Below, piece after piece: positions 9,048 through 16,785 of a stretch of 32,000 bases of DNA. How positions within the stretch are numbered: position 1 is the first letter of the stretch; every line of letters begins with the position of its first letter. A program made the translations under genes and the position numbers. Under the pieces are notes generated by a model. That model was not told the origin of the DNA and did no database searches. It saw only the letters and a program-made list of their open reading frames with translations. This DNA comes from Caldimicrobium thiodismutans (GTDB lineage Bacteria; Desulfobacterota; Thermodesulfobacteria; Thermodesulfobacteriales; Thermodesulfobacteriaceae): NCBI RefSeq assembly GCF_001548275.1, contig NZ_AP014945.1, positions 1,710,001 through 1,742,000 on the forward strand. Direction: 5' to 3'.

Positions 9048-9547
9048 GGGGGAAATTGTCAATTCAAAGAGAGAGGGGAAGTGCTTTATTTACTGCTATA
9101 ATGTTTTCATTTATAGGCCTTCTTATTATAGCAGGGCTTGTTGCAGTGTGGTATAGATTAACTCATATTTTATTCCCTGTAAAAACTTATACATCAGTTA
9201 GAGAAGCCTCTGCAGGTGGTATTAAATTATTAGCATCTTATGTGGATCAAGGATACTTTTCCGAATTAGATAGAGGTATTTGTCCGCCAGGTACTTCCCC
9301 AACAGCCAATGGCACATGTTGTCTCGTAAATTTGAAATACAAACTTCTTGGCGAATCTAAGGAATATATTAATCCTATTACTATTTGTTTTTTGGGATAT
9401 CAACCTCAACCTGGTTTTGAAATTACAGGTGTTGCATACACTTCTCAGGCGGCAAGACTGGGATTAAATTATATTTATGGGTTTAATTCCACTGCCTATG
9501 GGCCAAATAATGTCACAGCCTATGTTGAAGCAGTTTATATTAAGTAA
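9044..9547 (+). CDS. pilX: PilX-like minor pilin / pilus assembly protein
   Basis: The ORF is open from 8978. The ATG at 9044 forms an ATGA overlap with the upstream stop. The N-terminus MRGKLSIQRERGSALFTAIMFSFIGLLIIAGL matches the PilX_N pattern (ErGsaL followed by a hydrophobic helix). Confidence 0.7.
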   Translation: MRGKLSIQRERGSALFTAIMFSFIGLLIIAGLVAVWYRLTHILFPVKTYTSVREASAGGIKLLASYVDQGYFSELDRGICPPGTSPTANGTCCLVNLKYKLLGESKEYINPITICFLGYQPQPGFEITGVAYTSQAARLGLNYIYGFNSTAYGPNNVTAYVEAVYIK

Positions 9548-9712
9548 TCTCTAAAATTGACTACTCTTGTAGAGGATAATGTCAAATTTTTTCCTTATTG
9601 CATAATTAATATCCCCTTTAAATAAAAAGGTTGCAATTCATTTAAATCCGCCCTGTTCAAAAGGATTGCATCAGGGGAAAAAGGCAGGAAAAATCTGATA
9701 ACATACAAATCT

Positions 9713-9741
9713 TTGAAATTGAAAAAATTTTGTTTTATAAT
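9713..9741 (+). promoter_or_regulatory. Candidate sigma70-type promoter (TTGAAA-17-TATAAT)
   Basis: TTGAAA 9713..9718, exact 17-nt spacer, consensus TATAAT 9736..9741. A GGAGG Shine-Dalgarno follows at 9759..9763. Confidence 0.55.
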
Positions 9742-9821
9742 CAATTTAAAACCCATCTGGAGGTATAAAAATTTTTCTTGAGCTTCTTGAGGCTTTATCA
9801 CCTCTTCCCTTTGAAACTTAT

Positions 9822-10868
9822 ATGGAACTTGCCCTTTATCATCCTGATTACGGGTATTATGCAAGGGGAAATGTCCCGGGGAAAGCAGGAGATTTTATAA
9901 CTTCACCTTGCGTACATAGGGTCTTTGGGGCAACCCTTGGTCTTCAGGTTCTTGAGGCTTTCGAATTGTTGAAAAAACCCAAGGATTTTGTCATAGTTGA
10001 GGCAGGAGCTGGAGCTGGTTATCTTGCCCTTGATATTTTGAATTATCTTGCCTTTAAAGGCTTTGATTTCCCCTATTACATTGTGGAGCCCTTTCCTGCT
10101 TTAAGGGCTCTTCAAGAAGAAACCCTTAAAGATTATCTAAAAAATATTAGCTGGTTCCAAGATTTTTCAGAGCTTCCACCTTTTGAGGGGATATTTCTTT
10201 GTAATGAGCTCTTTGATGCCCTGCCTGTGCATCTTGTTGAAAAAAGGGAGGGTGAGCTTTTTGAAATCTGGCTTGAATTCAGGGGAGGTGAAGTCACAGA
10301 AAAACTTGAAAAATTAACAGAGCCTGAGATTCTAAAAATTATCTATCCCTATGTTCCTTCCTGGCCTGAGGGATATAGAACTGAGGTCTCCTTAAGGGCA
10401 GAGGAAATCTATAGAGCCCTTTCTCAAAAAATGAAAAGGGGGCTTCTCCTTATCATTGATTATGGCTATCCCCGAGGGGATTATTATCATCTAGAAAGAA
10501 AAAAGGGAACTCTTCTTTGCTACTTTCGCCACAGAGCCTGTGAAAATCCCTATTTTAAACCTGGGCACATTGACATAACTGCGCATGTTGATTTTACCCT
10601 ACTCAGGGAACTGGGAGAAAAATATGGCTTCTTAAATCTTGGATTTACCCAGCAGGGCCCCTATCTTGCCTCTCTCGGGATAGATAGGGTCTTTCTTGAA
10701 ATTTCTGAGGGAAATTTTAGAGATAGGGAGGCCTTAAAACTCCTTGTCTTCCCTGAGGGGTTTGGACAATCCCACTGGGTGCTTGTTCAGGGGAGATTTC
10801 TGGGACTTACCAAAATCCCACAACTTTCAGGTTTTAGATTTAGCAATCGCCTAAAACTTTTGTATTAA
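9822..10868 (+). CDS. SAM-dependent methyltransferase, MidA/NDUFAF7 (DUF185) family
   Basis: LYHPDYGYYA...GDFITSPCVHRVFG...VEAGAGAGYLALDIL (SAM-binding G-x-G-x-G). The first ATG is at 9822. The frame is open from 9750 and the real start is probably ATT at 9771 (see findings). Confidence 0.8.
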   Translation: MELALYHPDYGYYARGNVPGKAGDFITSPCVHRVFGATLGLQVLEAFELLKKPKDFVIVEAGAGAGYLALDILNYLAFKGFDFPYYIVEPFPALRALQEETLKDYLKNISWFQDFSELPPFEGIFLCNELFDALPVHLVEKREGELFEIWLEFRGGEVTEKLEKLTEPEILKIIYPYVPSWPEGYRTEVSLRAEEIYRALSQKMKRGLLLIIDYGYPRGDYYHLERKKGTLLCYFRHRACENPYFKPGHIDITAHVDFTLLRELGEKYGFLNLGFTQQGPYLASLGIDRVFLEISEGNFRDREALKLLVFPEGFGQSHWVLVQGRFLGLTKIPQLSGFRFSNRLKLLY

Positions 10869-11078
10869 TTAAAGTGGCTTTTTTATAAAAAACCTTTAAA
10901 ATAAAAATTTATGACCCCCTTTTTGAGCTTGCTTATCTTCCCAATCTTATCTATCTCAAATCTTGCAATTTAAAAGATTTTGAGAGGAAGCGTATTTACT
11001 CTTGAGGAAATAAAAAGGGCTATGCCCTTTTAATAACCACCTCTATGGATTTTGTAAAATTATGAGATTTTAAGTGAG

Positions 11079-11543
11079 ATGGAAAAGCAGGAGCTTCAAT
11101 CCCGGGAGATTTCTGTTTATGTGGATGGTTGTTCCCTTGGAAATCCAGGGCCAGGTGGGTATGGGGTTTTAATTAAAAAGGGAGGCAAAGAGATTGTCCT
11201 CAAGGGTGGAGAAGCAGAGACCACTAATAATCGGATGGAGCTTATGGCAGTTATTAAGGCCCTTTCATACTTTAAAAATAAAAGTAAAATTGTTGTTTAT
11301 GGGGATTCTGAATATGTGATAAAAGGAGCAACCGAATGGTTACCCCTCTGGAAAAAGAAAGGTTTTAAGACTTCGGAGGGGAAACCCGTTAAAAATCAGG
11401 ATCTCTGGAAGGAGCTTGAAAGATGGTTAAATTTTCACGAGGTAAGATTCATAAAAGTGCCTGCCCATAGTGGACATCCTGAAAACGAAAGAGTTGACCA
11501 GATAGCTAAGGCTGAGGCAAGGAAATGGAAGAGAAACTCTTAG
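11079..11543 (+). CDS. rnhA: Ribonuclease HI
   Basis: VYVDGCSLGNPGPGGYG...TNNRMELMAVIKAL...YGDSEYV...VKNQDLW...VPAHSGHPENERVDQIAK carries the canonical DEDD RNase H motifs. Confidence 0.9.
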   Translation: MEKQELQSREISVYVDGCSLGNPGPGGYGVLIKKGGKEIVLKGGEAETTNNRMELMAVIKALSYFKNKSKIVVYGDSEYVIKGATEWLPLWKKKGFKTSEGKPVKNQDLWKELERWLNFHEVRFIKVPAHSGHPENERVDQIAKAEARKWKRNS

Positions 11544-12091
11544 TGGGAATCACCGGGGCAAGTGGCTCCATCTATGCCTTATATTTTCTGGAGGCCCTGA
11601 AATCTCTAAAAGTGCCCTTTGAGATAATTATAACTGATGCAGGAAAACTCGTTTTTCAACATGAACTTGACCGACCCTGGCAGATTCTTAAGGAATTAAC
11701 TGATATGGTTTATGAGGAAAGGGAGATTTCAGCTCCCCCTGCCAGTGGATCAGCCCCTTACCGAGGCCTTGTAATTATTCCCTGCAGTATGGGGACCTTA
11801 GGAGGCATTGCTACCGGTCAAGCAAGAAATCTTCTTTTGAGAGCTGCAGATGTCATGCTTAAAGAGAGGAAACCCCTTGTCCTGGTAGTCAGGGAAACTC
11901 CCTTTAACCTTATCCATCTTCAAAATATGCTCCTTTTGACTCAGGCAGGAGCAGTGATTTACCCGGCTATGCCTGGCTTTTACCACAAGCCTGCATCCTT
12001 AGAAGAATTATTAAAACAATTTACAGAAAGACTTCTTCAATTTTTAAAAATTGCTGAGAATTCAAAGCCATGGAAGGGTCTATATTCATAA
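11525..12091 (+). CDS. ubiX: Flavin prenyltransferase UbiX/Pad1 family
   Basis: LVGITGASGSIYA...IIPCSMGTLGGIA.G...LL.RAADV.LKERKPLVLVVRETP is the typical UbiX signature. Overlaps rnhA by 19 nt. Confidence 0.85.
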   Translation: MEEKLLVGITGASGSIYALYFLEALKSLKVPFEIIITDAGKLVFQHELDRPWQILKELTDMVYEEREISAPPASGSAPYRGLVIIPCSMGTLGGIATGQARNLLLRAADVMLKERKPLVLVVRETPFNLIHLQNMLLLTQAGAVIYPAMPGFYHKPASLEELLKQFTERLLQFLKIAENSKPWKGLYS

Positions 12092-12128
12092 CACAAAATT
12101 AAATCTCTTCAAAATTTAAAATTAACCC

Positions 12129-12157
12129 TTGATATTTTTCAGAAAGTGGTTTATAAA
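12129..12157 (+). promoter_or_regulatory. Candidate sigma70-type promoter (TTGATA-17-TATAAA)
   Basis: TTGATA 12129..12134, 17-nt spacer, TATAAA 12152..12157. AGGAGG Shine-Dalgarno just before the ATG at 12213. Confidence 0.45.
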
Positions 12158-12212
12158 AAACACCATTAATGAGAATTTACCATTTTAAACTTACTCTTAA
12201 GGAGGGTTAAGG

Positions 12213-12641
12213 ATGAGGATTCTTGAAGATAGGCTTTATACCGAAAATCATCTCTGGGTTAAAAAGGAAAAGAAAAAGATAGTAAGAGTGGGAATAACTG
12301 ATTTTTTTTCAGCCAAAGAGATAGAAATCATTAATGTGGATCTCCCAGAAGAGGGGGAAGAATATGAAAAAGATGATGTCTTTGGAAGTATTGAAAGTAT
12401 TGAAGAAGAATTCAATCTTGTTATGCCTGTTTCCGGGGTAATAGTTTCTGTAAATGAGAAGGTTCTTGATGATGTGGATCTTTTAAATGAAGACCCCTAT
12501 GAAGAGGGCTGGTTGGTTAAGATTGAGATGGCCAATCCCTCTGAGCTGGAGGAACTTCTTCCAGCAGAGGACTATGAGTTAAAAATTGCCGAAGAGTTTG
12601 AGGAGGTAGTTCCTGAAAAGGTTTCTGAGGAGGAAGAGTAA
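12213..12641 (+). CDS. Glycine-cleavage H-protein-like protein lacking the lipoyl-lysine; acidic C-terminal tail
   Basis: GcvH fold motifs are present: Y...HLWV...VGITDF......VDLPEEG...GSIESIEEEF.LVMPVSG.IV.VNE......LLNEDPYEEGWLVKI. The position aligned to the lipoyl-Lys of the ESVK motif is Glu (codon 64, 12402..12404). Confidence 0.8.
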   Translation: MRILEDRLYTENHLWVKKEKKKIVRVGITDFFSAKEIEIINVDLPEEGEEYEKDDVFGSIESIEEEFNLVMPVSGVIVSVNEKVLDDVDLLNEDPYEEGWLVKIEMANPSELEELLPAEDYELKIAEEFEEVVPEKVSEEEE

Positions 12642-13580
12642 ATGCTTGCTCTGGTATTTCCTGGTCAGGGCTCCCAGTATCTCGGAATGGGAAAGGACTT
12701 CTGGGAAGCCTCTTCTAAGGCAAAGGAAATCTTCTCTCTGGCTGAGGAATTAACAGGGATTCCAGTTAAAAGGCTTGTCTTTGAAGGCCCCCTGGAAGAA
12801 TTAACCCTTACAGAAAACTTACAGGTTTCTTTAACCACTGTAAATATTGTAATTTTTGAGGCTTTAAAGGCCAATCTGGAAGAAAAATTTAAGCATTTGG
12901 TTTCTTTTAATGCCGGGCATAGCCTGGGAGAATTTAGCGCTCTTTATGCAAGCTCAGTTCTTTCCCTGGAGGATACCCTTAAAGCTGTTAAAAAAAGGGG
13001 GGAATTAATGGGGAAGGCTGGGGGTGATAAGGCCTCAGGGATGTATGCTATTTTAAATTTCTCTGAAGAAAGGCTTAAAGAGATCATATCTCAAACAAAG
13101 GGGCTTGTCATAATTTCAAATTATAATTCTCCCCGTCAGCTGGTGATAAGTGGGGAGGAGCAAGCTATTACTGAGGTAGCTGAAGCAGCTAAGTCCAAGG
13201 GAGCCAAGGTTGTAAGACTCAAGGTTAGTGCTGGGTTTCACAGCCCTCTTATGGAATCTGCAGAAAGAGAATTTGCAGGACTTCTGGATACCCTTAATTT
13301 TAGAGATGCTCAAATTCCTGTGGTTAGTAATGTCTCAGCTCAGGCTGAAAAATCTGGCGAGAGCCTTAAGGAGTTAATGAAAAGGCAGATGACCTCACCT
13401 GTTCGCTGGATTGAGGTTATAGAGTTTATCTATGCTCAAGGAGTTTCAACCTTTGTTGAGATAGGCCCAAAACAGGTCCTTAAGGGACTAATTTCACAAA
13501 TCCTTCAAGATAGACCCTTCAAATGCTACAATGTAGAAAATTTAAAGGATCTGGAAAATCTCTTGAAAGATCTTCTTTAA
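12642..13580 (+). CDS. fabD: Malonyl-CoA:ACP transacylase
   Basis: FPGQGSQYLGMG...GHSLGEFSAL (active-site Ser)...SNYNSPRQLVISG...VSAGFHSPLM. The ATG directly abuts the upstream stop. Confidence 0.9.
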   Translation: MLALVFPGQGSQYLGMGKDFWEASSKAKEIFSLAEELTGIPVKRLVFEGPLEELTLTENLQVSLTTVNIVIFEALKANLEEKFKHLVSFNAGHSLGEFSALYASSVLSLEDTLKAVKKRGELMGKAGGDKASGMYAILNFSEERLKEIISQTKGLVIISNYNSPRQLVISGEEQAITEVAEAAKSKGAKVVRLKVSAGFHSPLMESAEREFAGLLDTLNFRDAQIPVVSNVSAQAEKSGESLKELMKRQMTSPVRWIEVIEFIYAQGVSTFVEIGPKQVLKGLISQILQDRPFKCYNVENLKDLENLLKDLL

Positions 13581-13581
13581 G

Positions 13582-13788
13582 ATGAAGATAAAAATCTTGG
13601 AAGAGCGTTGTAAGGGTTGCGGACTTTGCGTTGAATTTTGTCCAAAAAAAGTCCTTTCCCTTTCTGGAAAGAGAAATCTTCAGGGATATAAGGTGGTTTA
13701 TATAGCCAATGCTGAAAAATGTAATGCCTGTGGAATTTGTTTTCTCATGTGTCCAGAGGTGGTTTTTGTTGAGGAGGATTCCCCTTGA
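13582..13788 (+). CDS. korD: 2-oxoacid:ferredoxin oxidoreductase delta subunit (2x[4Fe-4S] ferredoxin)
   Basis: Two CxxCxxCxxxCP motifs (CKGCGLCVEFCP, CNACGICFLMCP). 68 aa. First gene of a delta-alpha-beta-gamma set, the order seen in OorDABC/KorDABC. Confidence 0.8.
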   Translation: MKIKILEERCKGCGLCVEFCPKKVLSLSGKRNLQGYKVVYIANAEKCNACGICFLMCPEVVFVEEDSP

Positions 13789-14867
13789 AAGGAAAAAAGC
13801 TACTTGTAAAGGGAGTTGAGGCTATTGCCCTTGGGGCTCTTGAAGGGGGATGTCAGTGTTATTTCGGTTATCCCATTACTCCTCAAAATGAGATTCCAGA
13901 GCTTATGTCTGCTGAGCTTCCCAAGAGGGGAGGGGTCTTTCTTCAGGCAGAATCTGAAACCTCGGCTATAAATATGGTGCTTGGGGCAAGTGCCGTTGGG
14001 GCAAGGGTTATGACAAGTTCATCAAGCCCGGGGATTTCCCTTATGAGTGAAGGGTTTTCATATCTTATTGCCCTTGAGCTTCCCTGTGTGGTAGTGAATG
14101 TGATGAGGGGAGGGCCTGGGCTTGGTGGAATTGAGGCCTCTCAGGGGGATTATTTTCAGGCAGTAAAGGCCCCGGGGCATGGAGATGGCCGTTTTCTCGT
14201 CTTAGCTCCCTATACCTGTGCCGAGGCCTATGAGCTTACTGCTAAGGCCTTTGAGCTTGCGGATAAATATCGCAATCCTGTTATGATTCTTTCTGATGCT
14301 ATTCTTGGACAGATGAAGGAACCTCTGGAGGTGAAACCCTTAAAAATTAAAAACTTTGCCAAAGAAGATTGGGCCTTAACAGGGGCTAAAGATAGACCCT
14401 CGCGCACCATAAAGAGCCTCTTCCTTGATTCTAAGGAGCTTGCAGAAAGGAATCTAAAATTGAAGAAAAAATATAAGGCTATGGAGAGAGAAATTCGCTT
14501 TGAAATACTCTCTGAGGGCCAGGAAGAGCTTATGGTAATAGCCTTTGGCTCCATAGCCAGAATTTGTAAAGAGGCTGTTCTTAATCTGAGAAGTAAAGGC
14601 TATGGGATTTCCTTTTTTAGACCTGTAACTCTTTTTCCCTTTCCTAAAAAGGCCCTTTGTTCTGCTCTTGATAGCAATGAGAAAAAAATAAAAGTGCTTG
14701 TATTTGAGCTTAATTGCGGGCAGATGGTTGAAGATGTAGCCAGTGCCCTCTGTGGAAGGGCAGAAGTCCTTTCCAGATTTTATCCTCCCAGTGTTTTACC
14801 TTTTCCAGAAGACATAGAAAGGGAGATTAAAAAGTGCCTGAACTCTTTAAATTTCCCCAAAGTTTAA
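13785..14867 (+). CDS. korA: 2-oxoacid (2-oxoglutarate-type):ferredoxin oxidoreductase alpha subunit
   Basis: TTG start in a TTGA overlap with the korD stop, preceded by GAGGAGGA. G.EA.A.GA...GC..YFGYPITPQNEI is typical of OFOR alpha subunits. Confidence 0.8.
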   Translation: MKGKKLLVKGVEAIALGALEGGCQCYFGYPITPQNEIPELMSAELPKRGGVFLQAESETSAINMVLGASAVGARVMTSSSSPGISLMSEGFSYLIALELPCVVVNVMRGGPGLGGIEASQGDYFQAVKAPGHGDGRFLVLAPYTCAEAYELTAKAFELADKYRNPVMILSDAILGQMKEPLEVKPLKIKNFAKEDWALTGAKDRPSRTIKSLFLDSKELAERNLKLKKKYKAMEREIRFEILSEGQEELMVIAFGSIARICKEAVLNLRSKGYGISFFRPVTLFPFPKKALCSALDSNEKKIKVLVFELNCGQMVEDVASALCGRAEVLSRFYPPSVLPFPEDIEREIKKCLNSLNFPKV

Positions 14868-15568
14868 AAAAGACGCTTTTTCACTATTGCCCGGGTTGTC
14901 ATCATAGTATTATTCATAGGCTCCTTTGTGAAGTGATTGACGAGCTTGAGATAAGAGATAAAACAGTTGGTCTTGCCTCAATTGGATGCGCCTGTTTTCT
15001 CTATTTTTATATAGATGTTGATATTATTGAGGCCCCTCATGGTAGATCTTGCTCAGCTGGAACAGGAATAAAAAGGGCAAGGCCAGATCTTGTAGTTTTT
15101 ACCTATCAAGGAGATGGAGACTTTGCAGCTATAGGCCTTGGGGATAGCCTCCATGCTGGATCTCGGGGTGAGAAAATTACAGCTATCATGATAAACAACA
15201 CAGTCTACGGGATGACCGGGGGGCAGGTTTCTCCCACAACCCTTCCCATGCAGAAAACTACAACGACCCCCTCAGGAAGAGATCCTTCTAAAGAGGGCTA
15301 TCCTCTGAAGGTTGCTGAGATTCTGGCAGGCTTTGAGGGAGTCGCCTTTTGTGCAAGAGTGGCTGTTAATACTCCACAGAGGGTGCTACAGGCCAAAAAG
15401 GCCCTTAAAAAGGCCTTTCTTGCGCAGATTGAGGAAAGGGGCTTTGGTTACATAGAGTTTCTTTCTGCCTGTCCTGTCAATTGGAAGATGGACCCCCTTT
15501 CCGCAACCAGGCACATTGATAAACTGGCTGAGGTTTTTCCCCTTAAAATCTTCAAAGACTTTGAATAG
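14834..15568 (+). CDS. korB: 2-oxoacid:ferredoxin oxidoreductase beta subunit (TPP-binding)
   Basis: CPGCHH...GDGDFAAIGL......INNTVYGMTGGQ is the TPP-binding motif. The only in-frame start is GTG at 14834, giving a 34-nt overlap with korA. Confidence 0.8.
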   Translation: MPELFKFPQSLKKTLFHYCPGCHHSIIHRLLCEVIDELEIRDKTVGLASIGCACFLYFYIDVDIIEAPHGRSCSAGTGIKRARPDLVVFTYQGDGDFAAIGLGDSLHAGSRGEKITAIMINNTVYGMTGGQVSPTTLPMQKTTTTPSGRDPSKEGYPLKVAEILAGFEGVAFCARVAVNTPQRVLQAKKALKKAFLAQIEERGFGYIEFLSACPVNWKMDPLSATRHIDKLAEVFPLKIFKDFE

Positions 15569-15580
15569 TGAGGTTAAAAG

Positions 15581-16150
15581 TTGAGGCTTGAAATAATTTT
15601 GTCAGGCTTTGGAGGCCAGGGCATACTTTTTGCTGGAAATCTTCTTGCTCTTGCGGGTATGTATCAGGGCTATAATGTTAGTTTTTTACCGGTCTACGGC
15701 CCAGAGATGAGAGGGGGAACCTGCCATTGCACGGTTATTATTTCTGATAAAGAGATTGCTTCCCCGTTGGTGCTTGAGCCAGGTTATTTGATTATATTAA
15801 ATCTTCCATCCTTTTTAAAGTTTCTCCCCAGATTGAAAAAGAGAGGGCTTGCCCTGGTAAATGGGGATCTCGTTAAATCTGAAGAGATTGAGAATTACTC
15901 AGAACTGATAAAAGGGAAAAAGATTGTTTCTCTGCCTTTAAACACCCTGGCAGAAGAGGTTGGTGCTTCCATGTCATTAAATCTCTGCGCCCTGGGAGCT
16001 TTTAATGGTCTTCTTGAAATCATTCCAGAAAAAATTTTTAAAAAAGCTCTGCGAGATATGCTTGGGAAAGGTAAAGCCCATCTTTTTGAGCCTAATCTCA
16101 AGGCTTATTTAAGAGGCTTTGAAGAGGTAAAAAAATTGCATAGAACTTAA
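15581..16150 (+). CDS. korC: 2-oxoacid:ferredoxin oxidoreductase gamma subunit
   Basis: TTG start. I.LSGFGGQGILFAG.LLA.A.......V...P.YGPEMRGG is the typical gamma-subunit signature. Confidence 0.8.
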   Translation: MRLEIILSGFGGQGILFAGNLLALAGMYQGYNVSFLPVYGPEMRGGTCHCTVIISDKEIASPLVLEPGYLIILNLPSFLKFLPRLKKRGLALVNGDLVKSEEIENYSELIKGKKIVSLPLNTLAEEVGASMSLNLCALGAFNGLLEIIPEKIFKKALRDMLGKGKAHLFEPNLKAYLRGFEEVKKLHRT

Positions 16151-16262
16151 AAGGGTTCTACCCCGGATAGGTTGCAAGGAGAGGAACAACTTTTGTGGAA
16201 AGATCTAAAAATTTGTTGTTTGAATTTTCTCAAAAAAGGAGTTTTGCTTTTTAAATAACAGA

Positions 16263-16724
16263 ATGAAAGCAGTTATTCAGAGAGTAAAATTTGCCAGGGT
16301 TTTAATAGAGGGAAAGGTTTTTTCTGAAATAGGAAGAGGCCTTCTTGCCCTGGTTTGTGCAGAAAGGGGTGATGACGAAAATGTGCTTTCCTGGATAGCT
16401 GAAAAGCTGGTTAATTTGAGAATATTTCCCGATGCTGATGGTAAATTTAATCTCAATGTGAAAGATATCTCTGGAGAAATTCTTCTTGTCTCCAATTTCA
16501 CGATCTGTGGACAATTGAAAAAGGGGACAAGGCCAAGTTTTCATCTCTCTGAAGAGCCTGAGCTGGCAAAGGCCTTGCTTGAAAAACTTGCGGAAAAGAT
16601 AAGAAAAAAGGGGGTGCCACTAAAGGAAGGGGTCTTTGGAGCTCATATGGAAATAGAACTTGTAAATGATGGACCAGTGACTATCTATTTAGAAAAGATC
16701 AATCCAGCCTATCTAATTGATTAG
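16263..16724 (+). CDS. dtd: D-aminoacyl-tRNA deacylase
   Basis: MKAVIQRV..A.V......IG.GLL.LV........L.W...K...LRIF.D.....N......GEILLVSNFT......KG.RPSF....P; about 150 aa. Confidence 0.85.
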   Translation: MKAVIQRVKFARVLIEGKVFSEIGRGLLALVCAERGDDENVLSWIAEKLVNLRIFPDADGKFNLNVKDISGEILLVSNFTICGQLKKGTRPSFHLSEEPELAKALLEKLAEKIRKKGVPLKEGVFGAHMEIELVNDGPVTIYLEKINPAYLID

Positions 16725-16785
16725 TCTCTTTGAAATTGTTAAAAAATTCTCTTGAATTTCCCCTAAATTCTGGCAAAATACCTCT

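Noticed and set aside
9595-9864. 89-aa minus-strand ORF spanning the pilX-midA intergenic region.
   Set aside because: It runs through a strong plus-strand promoter/SD and the 5' end of the MidA-like gene. It has no SD and a low-complexity sequence.
10911-10973. 20-aa hydrophobic mini-ORF (MTPFLSLLIFPILSISNLAI).
   Set aside because: It has no SD and no supporting context, so it is indistinguishable from chance in AT-rich intergenic DNA.
11013-11031. AAAAGGGC-TAT-GCCCTTTT hairpin as an intrinsic terminator between the MidA-like gene and rnhA.
   Set aside because: The stem has only 4 G:C pairs plus A:T extensions and lies 145 bp after the upstream stop. That is too weak to call, though it might act bidirectionally.
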